Shown one piece after another: positions 1 to 12,260 of a stretch of 64,000 nt of DNA. The position numbers and the translations under genes were made by a program. Source of the DNA: the human T2T-CHM13v2.0 reference genome, Homo sapiens; NCBI RefSeq assembly GCF_009914755.1, contig NC_060926.1; one strand, 5' to 3'. Position 1 is the stretch's first letter, and the number at the start of each line of letters is the position of its first letter. A model generated the notes under the pieces. It saw only the letters and a program-made list of their open reading frames with translations. It was not told the origin of the DNA and searched no databases.

Positions 1-1774
1 TTTATTTATCAGGGCATCTCACACAATGATGATATCAAATGTGTCTCTTAAAGCATTTGAGAATGTCATGGATTATTACAGAATTATGGCCAAATACCTC
101 AATCTAATTTTTCTTCCATTTATCCATTATGTTTCAAGAACTTAGGGTAAAGATAAATCAAAGACTCAACAAAGATACACAACAAAGTGCAATAAAGCAA
201 GCATGAATTTTGGATTCAGACAGAATTGATTTCAAATTCCATCTCTCTCACTTGAAAATGACCTTTTTTCATCTATTTCTTTACATTAAAAAATATATGG
301 CTACTTATGCCCATCCACAGCCCTACAGTGTGGAGTAGATACCAAGTTGACATTCTTAATTGTGTTCAAATTGAACAGTAGGTTGTTTATAAATAATAGC
401 TCATATTATTATAAACACTAGAAGTAATAGTATTTTTAGAGGAGTTAAGTCTAGATGTGTTTTGATTTAGTATATTCAATGCTTCATAGAAAAATAACAC
501 TTATTTGTAATGTAAATCCATTGACTACCCCTGAGTTCTAAATTAAAAGTCTAATCAAGGCTTCGAAAGACAAAATGACTTGTTCAAAGCCACAAATCAG
601 TGGCCCATCCTGCTTCAGATCCAGAGAAGTGTGGCCCCCAAGCCTGTGGGAGCTCTTAGCTCCCCTCCTTACTGCCCAGTCAACCTGGGAATCCCATTGG
701 CTGTGGCTTGCTTCCCTGCAGTCAGAGTGAAACCATCATCTTTGCAGACATAAACTTTCTTACAAGTTTAAAAATGTACTTTGGAAAACTAGAACATAGA
801 ATCTTTTTAAAAGATCTTTATTTTCCCCTGAAGCATCTTCCCGAACAGCCAGCTAGAAGAGACACATCCCCCTACACAAAACCCACACAAGAATATCAAA
901 ATCTGTTTGATAATGAATTTAAATTTTAAAAAAATCCATACGCTAAAATCATTTTTATTTTTAATTTTTCCCTCTTTTTTCAAATTCATGGACATAATGT
1001 TTCTTATTGCAACGCAGAAACATCTCAAAATAGCTGCCAGAATTTTACAAATAAACATAAAACCAAGGCTTTTGCAGTACAAAAATAGTCCTCACTTCTG
1101 CTCTAAAGGTTGGTTGCCCTTCTAAATCTTTGTTAGGGTTGGGACTACTTTGGCAGCTTAGGCAAGCAGCCACATTTAAATAATTTTTCTAACTGGAGAT
1201 ATTCATACATACAGGAGTTTATGTCTTTACTCTCAAATATGTATGTGCATTAATTTTTTTAAAAAATAGAAGCAGAATATGACTAGAAAGTTAAAAAATA
1301 TAGATGAAATCGATTCAATTGCAATGTAATAACTCTTTATGTTATGGCATAAATTATTGCCCAAAATGTTTGCTATAATAATTGTTATTTTAAAAGTGCC
1401 TACAGAAATAATGATTAATCTTTTATTTAAACTGCTTTCATAATTAAGTAGGGGGAGCCAATGATTTCACTTTTTCATCACAAGAAACTTTTATGATCAG
1501 TGCTATGAGGTATCCTTCCCAGTCCCTTTCCTTGAGGTGCTGGACTTTTCTTTCTAACTGATTAATTTTCTAAAATAAAAAGACAGGTGTTTCCATCAGC
1601 AGTTTATCAAGCTCAAGCCCCGGGATGTTCATTTTGGTGGCTCTACAATTTTTCTTCTCACATAATAGGTAGAAGAATACCCAAGTTTTGATTTGAGTAG
1701 AAAAAGTAAAACATGAATTCAATCAAGAGTTAAATTAATGGCATTTTGCATAATAGAGTAAATCTTTTTCTTTA

Positions 1775-2003
1775 ATTCTTACACCTTACAAAATTAAAAG
1801 CAGAAAATTGAATTTCTCTTTTTCTTCATGGTTCACCGCAGGGCTGTTGAAGACCCTCAGTGGTGTGAGTCCTGCCTCACCTCTTCTCGCCTTCTCCACA
1901 GCTCTGGAAACATTGACTTCCCTCTATGGTTGAAAACTTGCCGAGTTTCTTCCATCCTTTAGCATTCAAATGTTTGTGCTTGCTGTACCTTCTGACTAAG
2001 AGG
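1775..2003 (+). mobile_element. L2 LINE fragment (part upstream of the ERV insertion)
   Basis: Degenerate L2 3'-region motifs (…cattgacttccctcta…tttgtgcttgctgtaccttctgactaaga); L2-like sequence resumes after the ERV at ~4465. Confidence 0.55.
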
Positions 2004-2005
2004 TT

Positions 2006-2458
2006 TGGTGAAGACAATTTTCCATGGTGCTTTTGTGTTTCTGCCTATTTTATGAGCAAGACACTTGGTTATCCTGCTTTGGACTATCATTTCAAGGATA
2101 TTTATAGAGCAAACAACTTAGGAAGATACAGGTAGTGTCTCTTTCTGGAGAAAGGGGCAGGTGGCTTACTGCCCATTATAAAAGATTTAGGTTCCCTAAG
2201 CTCAGAGTTGCTCTTCTCTGATGTCAACCACTGCATTTGCAGGCAGCACTCACCCCTCTCTGCATTGCTCCATGAGAACTAAGGCCTCAACAACTGGCAA
2301 AAAATACTGATATTCTGACACTGCTACTGGGTAAGAACTACACTTCCTCTCTGACCCAGGAGCATCCTGTTTCTTTTACAGCATCAGTGAAAACATGGCA
2401 GGCTAGCATGTTAGTCTGCAAGGAGAATAAGATCTCAAATCCCTTATCATCCTTGCCA
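2006..2458 (+). mobile_element. 5' LTR, LTR40-like (ERVL/class III group)
   Basis: Starts tggtgaagacaattttccatgg and ends ccttgcca. Colinear with the copy at 4030-4463 (gaagata.ag, gcttactgcc…aaaagat.taggtt..ct.a.ctcagagtt, ctctgacc..ggag). Resembles the LTR40 consensus as I recall it. Confidence 0.75.
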
Positions 2459-4029
2459 GTGTTGGTTTCAATAATAGGATGTTGACAGAAATAGAACTTT
2501 TTGCAAGAGGAGGGATAGCAGCTCAACAGGTTTTGCATGTCACATGAAAATGGTATATTAAAGAAACAGCTGGCCTGGCCCCAGCTGTTAATGTAAAGGT
2601 AGCAGCTCTCATTGGCAGGAAGCCTGTTCCCTTATCCTCTTATAGATGATTATAATAAAGGCCTGGTCTCTGTTGAGATTGGCTGGAATGTTTTAGCTAC
2701 TGGATCAGGATATGCAGATTTTTTATGGTGAATTAAGAATAGCAACCTCAGCACCCAAGGTGAGAATACTTCAAACCGTAGGGAAATGGGGGAGAGAAGG
2801 ACAGTAATGGCCTTTGTCTTCCATAATTGTCCTTGGAGCCTTCCTTGCAGAGTTAAATGCCTTGATGGAGCTCTCCCAACTGTCACCTGTGCCTGAAATA
2901 ATTTGAATGCCTTCTCCCTTACCCTTTCCTGGGAAATATTCTAGAAATAACAAAGGTGCCCTAACACCCGTACCCCCAACAAAACATTTGTAAACACCTT
3001 TGAATGTTTCCTACCCCCATTCCCCCAGCCATTGCTCAGTTGATCTGAGGTCATAAAAACACCACCCTTCTGGCAGTATAGCAAACAGAATGGGTTAGAC
3101 CGACTTCCATCATGCTTTGCTCCAAAAATGAGCAGTAAGCTAAATTATCTGAACTGAACTGGGTAGCCTGAGGCCTACAGGCTAAGGGGGAGATCATTTT
3201 GGAATCACTTTCATCCTATGCCCTCTAGCTAATGAAAGTCTTACTTGGGATTCCAATAAGTTGAAATAATTCTTTCCAGGGCACTATATGCACTCCTGGA
3301 TTTTATTTGTGTGGATCCCAGGTATTAACTTGCCTTCTTCATGGAAACCTGGTGACTTAGAATCGGTCATAAGAGACCTCTGAGTGTCTCAGGAAACACT
3401 TCCATAGATTAGTATTCCTCAGGTGACTGCAGGTTGGACACTTCTGGAGGGATAACTGATTCATTATGTGACCCTGTAGGCAGTCAGTAGTCATTCAGTC
3501 AGAAAACATGGTAGACGACGTGTCCCTCGCTTTGGTTAAAGTGGCTGATAATATTACTTCAGCCCTGGAAGATGTTCCACTCAGCTTCATTCATGGAGTA
3601 GAGTTGCTATGAATGATAAATCTTCCATAGCCTTCTTCCTTGCAGACCAAGGCAGAGTCTGCACAATTATTGATATGTTCTGCTATACTTACATTAATGC
3701 CTCAGGTTAAATAGAAAGGTCAATACAGAAATTTAGGAAGAAAGCCACATGGGATTTTTTAGATAAACCTTGACAATATATAGAATTTGTTTTGCTGGTT
3801 AGATTTGAGGCATCTGGAGGTATGTTTGAGCTTAATACTTTCTCTAGGTTGACCTGATTATGCTACTTAGAGTTCTGTTGATAGTAGTCTTAAATAAATA
3901 AACTATAGAACATATTGAATGGATTTTGTCCCAGACTCTGCTGGTCAGATTAATCAGGGTAGCTGGCAGAGTGTCATATTCATGGAAAAATTGGCCAGAA
4001 TTCAAGACCATAGAAGTGAGTATGGATAC
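2459..4029 (+). mobile_element. Short ERV internal region between two LTRs (HERVL40-like, no recognisable gag/pol)
   Basis: Lies between two direct LTRs, contains env homology, and has a purine-rich stretch (gaagtgagtatggatac) just before the 3' LTR. Confidence 0.7.
3265..4010 (+). pseudogene. env: Decayed retroviral envelope (SU C-terminus plus TM), gamma-type
   Basis: Manual translation: CTPGFYLCGSQVLTCL (3289-3336, SU C-terminal motif); heptad region VIQSENMVDDVSLALVKVADNITSALE; after a frameshift RVAMNDKSSIAFFLADQGRVCTIIDMFCYTYINASG*IERSIQKFRKKATW (immunosuppressive-domain-like segment plus CX6CC with last C to Y); then hydrophobic LIMLLRVLLIVVL. Multiple stops and frameshifts. Confidence 0.8.
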
Positions 4030-4463
4030 TGTTGGAGTCAATTCTCCATGGATTTTCCCATTTCTACACATCTTGTGAGCAAGGAACTGCCTGCACTTTG
4101 TTCAAAAGTATGTTTTCAAGAATGTCTGCATATTTAACACTTGGAAGATAGAGATAATAAGGCCAGGCCTGCTTACTGCCTGTTTTAAAAGATGTAGGTT
4201 CTCTGAACTCAGAGTTTCTGGCCTATAATGCAACTCATTGATTATTCATATATCATATGGCCTTCTTTGCATCTCTCTGTGGGAATCGTTGCTTGGGTAA
4301 CTGCCTAAAAAATGTTAATCTTTTGGTATTGCTACTGTTGTAAATAACGTACTGTCCTCCACCTCTGACCTTGGAGTAACGTGCTGTTTTCTAGAACCCA
4401 TGAAGTCATGGGAAGCTAACACATTGGTTTGTAAGTAAGTTTATTTCCAGGCTTCCACCAACA
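4030..4463 (+). mobile_element. 3' LTR, LTR40-like
   Basis: Starts tgttggagtcaattctccatgg and is a diverged direct repeat of 2006-2458; 3' end approximate. Confidence 0.75.
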
Positions 4464-4464
4464 G

Positions 4465-4762
4465 CTCCTTATTATTCAGGCTATACTTAAATGTCACCTC
4501 CTTAGAGTGGCAATATCCCCTCACCCTCAGTCATCCTCTATCCCATGAACATTTTTCTTTTCCCTGTAGCCTTTGTGGTTTGCTTATATTAGTTCTTGGG
4601 TATGCATTTATCTTCTATCTCTCTCCAATTGAATGTGTGCTTTGAGAGGGTAGTGGCTATGAATAACTATGAATGACTAGAATGACTATGTATATTCTAT
4701 TTCCCATGCCTAAAATAGTGCCCGGCATTAAGTAGGCATTCAATAAATATTTGTTAAATTCA
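4465..4762 (+). mobile_element. L2 3' end
   Basis: ttaaatgtcacctcc…gcctaaaatagtgcccggcattaagtaggcattcaataaatatttgttaaat is a typical L2 terminus. Confidence 0.7.
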
Positions 4763-6856
4763 TTGGCTTTTTTTAAGGAAATCATAGTGATTTATAAAAC
4801 AAAGATTTCATATGCTCTCCCTTTTATGTATGGCTGAATCACAGATGACATATATCATATAGAGAAACATCTTCTGTTGCAGATATTTGCATGTTTGTAT
4901 TCAGCAACAGTTAACTTGCTAGTTTTTATTAAAGGAGGTGTTTTTATTAAAGGAGGTTTAGCTAAAACATGGAACATTTTTTATATCATGCAATGTTTAA
5001 CAATTGTAAACAATCCACCCATAAAAGAGACCATTATTCCATAACTTTATCCCCAATCTTACAAATCCACATGGATCACCAAGAACAACGTAACTTTTCC
5101 ATTATAATGACTTTTACTAGGAAAACATAAATCTTCATTGAAGCAAAAATCCCTATTGACAAAATAACTTGCTGGGCTACAATTATATAGTGTAATCAGA
5201 AGCAGAGTTTTGGATCATTTCAATGGAAACAGTGGATAAAATCAGAGATCAAGCCACCACATCAAAAACAAGCAAAACAAAATATTTGATCAAAATTAGT
5301 TTTATAGTAAGCACATAAAACATAACAGTCAATAATATGATTAAATGCAAGAGGCAAAAATGCAGATAGAGTTTGGATAAAGACCATTCTGATTTGATTG
5401 GCTCTGTATTTCATTGTTTTTACCTCATTTTGACATTCTTAGCAATTATAGTAGTATCAAACTTTGAAGAAGAAAAAGGCACAGTAAAAATCACAAAGAA
5501 CTCATAATTAGGCATAATGCTAACATTTTAAGAAAGATAAGACCCAAATCATTATGCTTTTCTAACCAATAAAGAAGGTGACAGAGGCCCACCTTCTCAT
5601 TCCCCAAAGGGACTCCCACAGGGTCACTTCAAACAACCTCAAAGAAAGAATTATTACCATCAGGTTAATAGTTCTTCAGGTCACTCGCTGTTTTTTGTTT
5701 TTTGTTTGTTTGTTTGTTGTTTTAGAGATTTACATTATTTCTTAGAGTAGTTTTAGGTTTAGAGAAAAACTAAATAGGAAAAACAGAGAGTTTTCATACA
5801 CTCCATCCTCTCCCCTCCCCACAATTTTCCCTATTATTAACATCTTGCATTGGCATGTTATATTTCTTACACTTGATGAACTAGTATCAATACATGATTA
5901 TTAGTTAGTTTGTATTTTACATCAAGGCCCCCTTTTTGTGTTGCATATTCCATGTGTTTGCCAAATTCTATGATATCATGTGGCTAGCATTTCTGCATCT
6001 TACAGAGTATTTTCACTGCAAGAAAAAGGTCTTGCATTCATCCACTCAACACTTGATGACAAGCAATCTTTTTACAGGCTCTAGTTTTGCCTTTTCCAGA
6101 ACGTCATACAATTGAAATCATACAGTATAGCTTTTCAGACTGACTTCGTTCACCTAGTGATGTGGATTTAAGGTTCCTTGACATCTTTTCATGGCTTGAT
6201 TGCCATGATGGTCTTTTAACTTTTATACTAGCGTTATTGGGAGCACAAAAGTTTTTAATTTTCATGAAATCCAAGTTATCTGTTTTTTTCTTTTGTTGCT
6301 TATGCTTTTGGTGTTATAGATAAGAATCCATTGCCAAATCCAAGATTATGAAGATTTACCCCTACATTTTCTTCTAAGAGTTTTATACTTTTAGCTCTTA
6401 TACTTAAGGTCACTGATCTACTTTGAGTTAATTTTGTATGTGAAGGGAGGAGAGGGTCCAACTTTGTTTTTGCATGTGGAATTCCACTTATTCTAATGCT
6501 TCTTGCTGAAGAGAATATTCTTTACCCATTGTATGGACTTGGCACCCTTATCAAAAATCAATTGGTCACAGGTGTATGTGTTCATGGACTTTCAGTTCTA
6601 TTCCCATTAGTCTATATTTCTATCCATGTACCAGGACCACATTGTTTTGATTATTGCAAATTCTTAATAAGTCTTGAAATTGGAAAGTGTGAGTCCTCCC
6701 ACTTGGTTCTTTTTGAGGATTGTTTGGCTATTGGCAGTCTCTTGAGATTCCATATGAATTTGAGGATTGGCTTTCCCATTTCTGTAAAACAGACTTAGAA
6801 TTTTCATAGGGATTCTGTTGAATTTTAGATCACTTTGGCTAGTAATGACATCTTTA

Positions 6857-7000
6857 CTATATATATATAGTTAATATATATTATATATATGTATATATTA
6901 TATATGTATATGTTTGTATATATGTATATATGTTATATATATAATTAATAATATATATAGTTAAGATGTCATAGTTAAGATCTTAACTATATATAGATAT
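6857..7000. repeat. (TA)n-rich tract with inverted repeat and palindrome
   Basis: Directly visible; lies where the tail of the adjacent L1PA would be. Confidence 0.9.
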
Positions 7001-7314
7001 ATTTTTTTATTATACTTTAAGTTCCAGCATACATGTGTACAACATGCAGGTTTGTTACATATCTATACCAGCTAACAGACATGAAAAAATGTTCATCATC
7101 ACTGGCCATCAGAGAAATGCAAATCAAAACCACAAAGAGATACCATCTCACACCAGTTAGAATGGCGATCATTAACAAGTCAGGAAACAACAGGTGCTGG
7201 AGAGGATGTGGAGAAATAGGAACACTTTTACACTGTTGGTGGGACTGTAAATTAGTTCAACCATTGTGGAAGACAGTGTGGCGATTCCTCAAGGATCTAG
7301 AACTAGAAATACCA
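7001..7314 (-). mobile_element. 5'-inverted, truncated L1PA
   Basis: 7001-7061 is the antisense L1PA terminus (tttttttattatactttaagtt…aacatgcaggtttgttacata). ~7062-7314 is sense ORF2 C-terminus ([15 protein letters not shown]…[26 protein letters not shown]). Imperfect 14-bp TSD at 6849-6862 and 7313-7326. Confidence 0.85.
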
Positions 7315-9664
7315 TCTTAACAATATGAAGTCTTCCAATACATGAATATGGATGTTTTTCCATTTATTTAGCTTCTTAATTTCTTTCAGCAATGTTTTGT
7401 AGTTTTCAACGTACAACTCTTCCACCTCCCTGGTTAAGGTTATTTCTAGGTATTTTATTCCTTTAGATGCTATTGTAAGTGGAATTGTTTTTTTAATTTT
7501 CTTTTCAATTGTTTGCAGGAATATAAAAATGTAGCTGATTTTTGCCTATTTATTTTGTATGCTGCAACTTTGTTATTTAATTAATACGTTTATGAATTCT
7601 AATTTATTTCTTGTGTATTCTTCGGAATTTTCTAAATGTAGGATCAAGTCCTTTGCAGACAGAGATATTTTTACCTTATCTGTTCTAATTCTCATGCCTC
7701 ATATCTATGTTTCTTGTCTAATTGCTCCGACTAGAACTTAGGTACCAGGTTGGATAGGAGAGATGAAAGCCTTCATCCTTGTCTTGTTCTCGCTGTGGGA
7801 GCTTCAGTCTTTCACTGCTGAGTATGAAGTTGTCTGCATTTCTCCACAAATGTCGTTTATCTTATTGAGGAAGTTCACTTCTATTCCTACTTTTCTGACT
7901 GTTTTTCTATCATGGAAGGATATTAGATTTTGTCAAATGACTTTTCAGTGTCAATTGAAATGATTGTGTTTCGCTTTTTGTTTCTTTGTTCTATTATTGT
8001 GATGTATTACATTGATTAACTTTCTTATGTTAAACCACCTTTGCATTCCTGAAATAAAACTCACCTGATCATGATATATAACCCTTTTAATATGCTATTG
8101 CATTTCATTTGCAAGTATTTTGTTAAGGATTTTTATATCTGTATTACTAAGGGGTAATGATCTATACTTTTCTGGCCTATGATTTTTTTACCTGGCTTTG
8201 GTATCAGGATAATTTTGTTCTCATAGAATGAGATTGGAAGTATTCATTCATTTTCTATATTTTGAAAGAGTTTGAGAAGCATCAATGTTATTTGTATTTT
8301 AATGTCTGAAAGAACTTACAAACGAAGTCATTTTGTCCTGGACTTTTCTTTGTCAGGATATTTTTGATTACTGATTCAATCTCCTTACTTGTTACAAGCC
8401 TGTGAGATTTTCTGTTTATTCTTGAATTATTGTAGGTAATTTGAAGGTTTTTTCAAATTTGTCCACCTTGTCTAGATGGTAGAATTTTTTGACATTCAAT
8501 TGTTTATAGTATTCTTCCATAATCATTATTATTTCTGTAAGATCAGTAGTAATGTCTCCACTTTCTTTTACAATTTTGGTTATTTATGTCTTCTATTTTA
8601 TTTGTTTATTTATTCTTTGTCAGTCTAGTTAGAGATTTTTCTGTTTTGTTGTATTTTCAAGGATCCAGCTTTTGGTTTTGTTGATTTCTTTATTGTTTTT
8701 CTATTCTTTATTTCATTTATTTCCACCTTCATCCTTATTATTTCATTTATTCTGCTATCTGTGGCTATGTTTTGCTTTTTGGTTTTTAGGTTCCCTAAGG
8801 TGTAAAGTTAGGTTGCTGATTTGAGATATTTCATCTTTTATAGTACAGACGTGCATATTTATAGCTATGAGTTTCTGAGCACTTCCTTCACTACATCTTA
8901 TAAAACTTAGTATGTTTTGGTTTTGTTTTCATTTGTCTCTAATATTTCTCTATTTCTCTTGGGATTTCTCTTTAATATTTTACTTAAGAGTGCACCATTT
9001 AATTTCCACATATTTGTGAAGTTTTAGTTTTTCTTCTTTTATTAATATCTAGCTTTATTCAATTATAGTCAGGAAAGATATTTTATATCATTCTAACCTT
9101 TTTACTTATATTAAGAATTGTTTTATAGCCTAATAAATGGCCTACCCTAGAGAATGTTCCATGTCCACTTGAGAAAAATGTGTATCCTGCTGACATAGGG
9201 TACAGTGTTATATTTCTGTTAGTTCTAGCTGGTTTACAGTCCTGTTAAATTCGTCTATTTTCTTATTGATCTGTCTAGATATTCTGTCTATCATTCAAGG
9301 TAGCTAATTGAAGTCTCCAACTATTATTGTAGAACTTATATAAGTTAGCTTAACATTTTGCAACATCCTTCCCCTTGAGATGATACATTTGGCTACTGTA
9401 GGTTTTATCTGGGGCTTGTAGGCTAATAAACTGAGAAGAATGTACTAGCCAAGTGTTTGGAAAATTGAGATGAGTCTTTTGCTGCCTCACAGCGTGAAAA
9501 CAAAAGACTTGTATTAAGTACCATGGCAGTAAGAAGTTCCGAAACTATAGACTATAGGAAAATGAATCACTTTTTAGTGAGCTTGATGTTCTATTATACT
9601 TTCTCTGTGAAAGCATTTGCTTCTAGGTGTAGAAATTAATAGAAGAGAAACCAAGTTATTACTT

Positions 9665-10490
9665 GAGAATAGGACAGGTTAAGATGACTTGATAATTGGT
9701 TTGATGTGAAAACTGAGAGATTGGAGAAGTCAAGAGTGAATGCCTAATTTCTCTCTTAGGCATAGCAGACCAGATACTAAATGAAAGAGACCAAAGGAGG
9801 AGCATGTTTGGTAATAAAAAATATGTTTGTATATTTGGTGTATTGAGTTGAATTTTATGTGCATTTGATAGCTCCAGGTGAAAATATCTAGCAGAGATGA
9901 ATTTATTAATTTGAACTCTAGGGCTGAGACCTGTGCTGGATATGTGCATTTGGGGATTATTAACGTAGCCCCTAATAGCCTGAGGCTACATAAAATAACA
10001 AAAAATAAGCATTGAAGAAAAAGGTCAGAAGGCCAACCTCTGAAGCAAAGGGAATACTGACATATAGGGTAACTCAGAGAGGAATCCATGAAGGATTCCA
10101 CCATGAAAGATTCAAAATGAGATGAGAACTGTCTTAAAGCTCAAAAGCCAAGATACTAGAGCACTGCAAGAAGAAGTGGCTGTATCTATCATGCAAGCAG
10201 AATGAGCCGTCCATGATGGCAACCTTAGAACAGAAAATCCCAGGTGAGAGCATGGCTTTTGGTAGGAAAGATTGTTTAGCAAACCGTGGAAACAGCTGAT
10301 CCCAGCTCCAGATGGATGGTAGAGGAAAGAGAATCTCACTCAAGGATGATGATGTGGCAGAGGTGAAAGTGTTTAGAATTATTGTGATAAAAACAGCAGA
10401 TATAGTAAAAATGAGAAATGAGAGAAGTGAAAGATTAAAATATTCAGAGGAAAGACTTGAAGAGCTTAATTTTCAGAAAAGCAGCTAGAT
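9665..10490 (-). mobile_element. L2 fragment
   Basis: Antisense L2 motifs (gaagtcaagagtgaatgcctaatttct; ctagggctgagacctgtgctggatatgtgcatttgggg). Confidence 0.6.
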
Positions 10491-10595
10491 AGTAATGTTA
10501 AATTCATGATTAATAGTAACATAATTAACTTATAATTAATTTCAAAACTGGGAGAAACGTGTCACATCTTGTATATGCTCGTTAGATTGTTGATT

Positions 10596-11022
10596 TATTT
10601 TTTATCTTTTTATTTTAAACATTTGTGGGTATGTAGTAGGTGTTCATATTTATGGGGCACATGAGATGTTTTGATACAGGCATGCAATGTGAAATAGGCA
10701 CATCATGGAGAATGGGGTATCCATCTCTTCAAGCATTTATCCTTTGAATTACAAATAATTCAATTATACTCTTTAAGTCATTTAAAAATGTTCAACTAAG
10801 TTAGTATTGACTGTAGTCACCCTGTTGTGCTATCAAATATTAGGTCTTATTTATTCTTTCTGACGTTTTTTAACCCATTAACCATTTCCACCTCCCCACC
10901 CCGACAGTCCCTTCCCATCCTCTGATAACCATCCTTCCACTGTCTGTGTCCATGAATTCAATTGTTTTGATTTTTAGATCCCACAAATAAGTAAGAACAT
11001 GTGATGTTTGTCTTTCTGTTTC
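10596..11022 (-). mobile_element. L1MA1-3-type 3' end
   Basis: tttgtgggtatgtagtaggtg…catgagatgttttgatacaggcatgcaatgtgaaata…agatcccacaaataagtaagaacatgtgatgtttgtctttctg. Confidence 0.85.
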
Positions 11023-11074
11023 TTAATTATGTTGTTTATATATTCTATTTCCCCACCTTAAAACATTGTACTTA

Positions 11075-12260
11075 TTTTAACAACTTCATTAGTATATAAT
11101 CGAACAAAATGTAAAGTATGTGATTTTTATATTTTCCGTATATTAATATACTTGTGAAACCATCACCATTATCAGTATAATGAGTAGATCCATCATTTCC
11201 AAAAGTTTACTTAAGCCTTTTTACAATTTATCCCCCATACCACCCCTCTTCAACCCCCTCTCCAGGGAACTATGAATCTAAATTCTTTCACTGAGGATTA
11301 GTTTGCATTGTTTAGATATTATACAACAGAAATATAGAATATGCCCTCTTTCTTTGACTTCTTTCACTCAGAATACTAATTTTGAGATTAATCCATTTTG
11401 TTGCATCTATCACTAATTATTTCCTTTTTATTTCTTAATATCGTCACATTGTATAAATATACCACAATTTGCTTAGCCATTCACTTGTTAATATAGCCAT
11501 TGTCTTGTTTTCAGTTTTGGGCTGTTACAAATAAAACTATGAATATCCACATACAAGTCTTTTTGTGGACATGTTTTCATTTGTCTTGGATAAATACCTA
11601 GGAGTAGAATGGCTCAGTCAAGTGGTGGGTATATATTTGGTTTTTAAAGAAACTGTTAACTGTTACCCAGGGTTGTTAAACCATTTTGTTTGCAGCAGTG
11701 AATGAAAATTCCAGTTGCTCTGCATTTTCATCATTTGGTGTGGTCTTTTTAATTGTAGATATATTAACAGGTGTGTGTAAGTATATTGTTATGATTTTAA
11801 TTTGCATTTTCTTAACAATCAATTCTGTTTAACATCCTTGAATGCATTTGACATCTTTATGTCTTTGAACTAGGTATTAAAATCTTTTGCCCATTTTTTT
11901 TTTGTATTGTATTGTTTATCATTATTAAATTATATACCATTCTTTCTGTATCCTGGATACTTTTCCTGGATCTGATGCATGATTTACAAATATTTTTCTT
12001 TAGTCTGTGCAGCTCTTAATTTTACTGAAGCACTATTTATAAATTTACTTTTATTTTCATGGATCACGCTTTTGGTGTCAGGTCCAAGAAAATTTTGCCT
12101 AACTAAGGTCGCAAAATTTTTCTCCTATTTTTTCTTGATGTTTGATGGATTAAAGTTTGACATTTATATGTATAATGCATTTGGAGTTAAGTTTTTACAT
12201 GCTGGAAGGTATAAATCAAATTTTATTTTATTTAATGTGTTTTGTATGTAGATCTACAAT
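11075..12260 (-). mobile_element. Old L1M (L1MD/ME-like) 3' portion
   Basis: Antisense L1 motifs: ttttcagttttgggctgttacaaataaaactatgaatatcc…taaatacctaggagtagaatggct. Confidence 0.75.

Larger units (their letters stand above)
5730..9335 (-). mobile_element. Old LINE-1 (L1MC-type 3' UTR plus degenerate ORF2), interrupted at 6863-7312
   Basis: ttagagtagttttaggttt…aacagagagttttcatac is an L1MC1/2-like antisense 3' UTR. Antisense ORF2 motifs continue to ~9335 (gagaatgttccatgtccacttgagaaaaatgtgtatcctgct; tgaagtctccaactattattgtaga). Confidence 0.8.

Noticed and set aside
7033-7320. 95-aa Cys-rich ORF
   Set aside because: It is a chimera of the antisense L1 3' end and the ORF2 C-terminus across the inversion junction.
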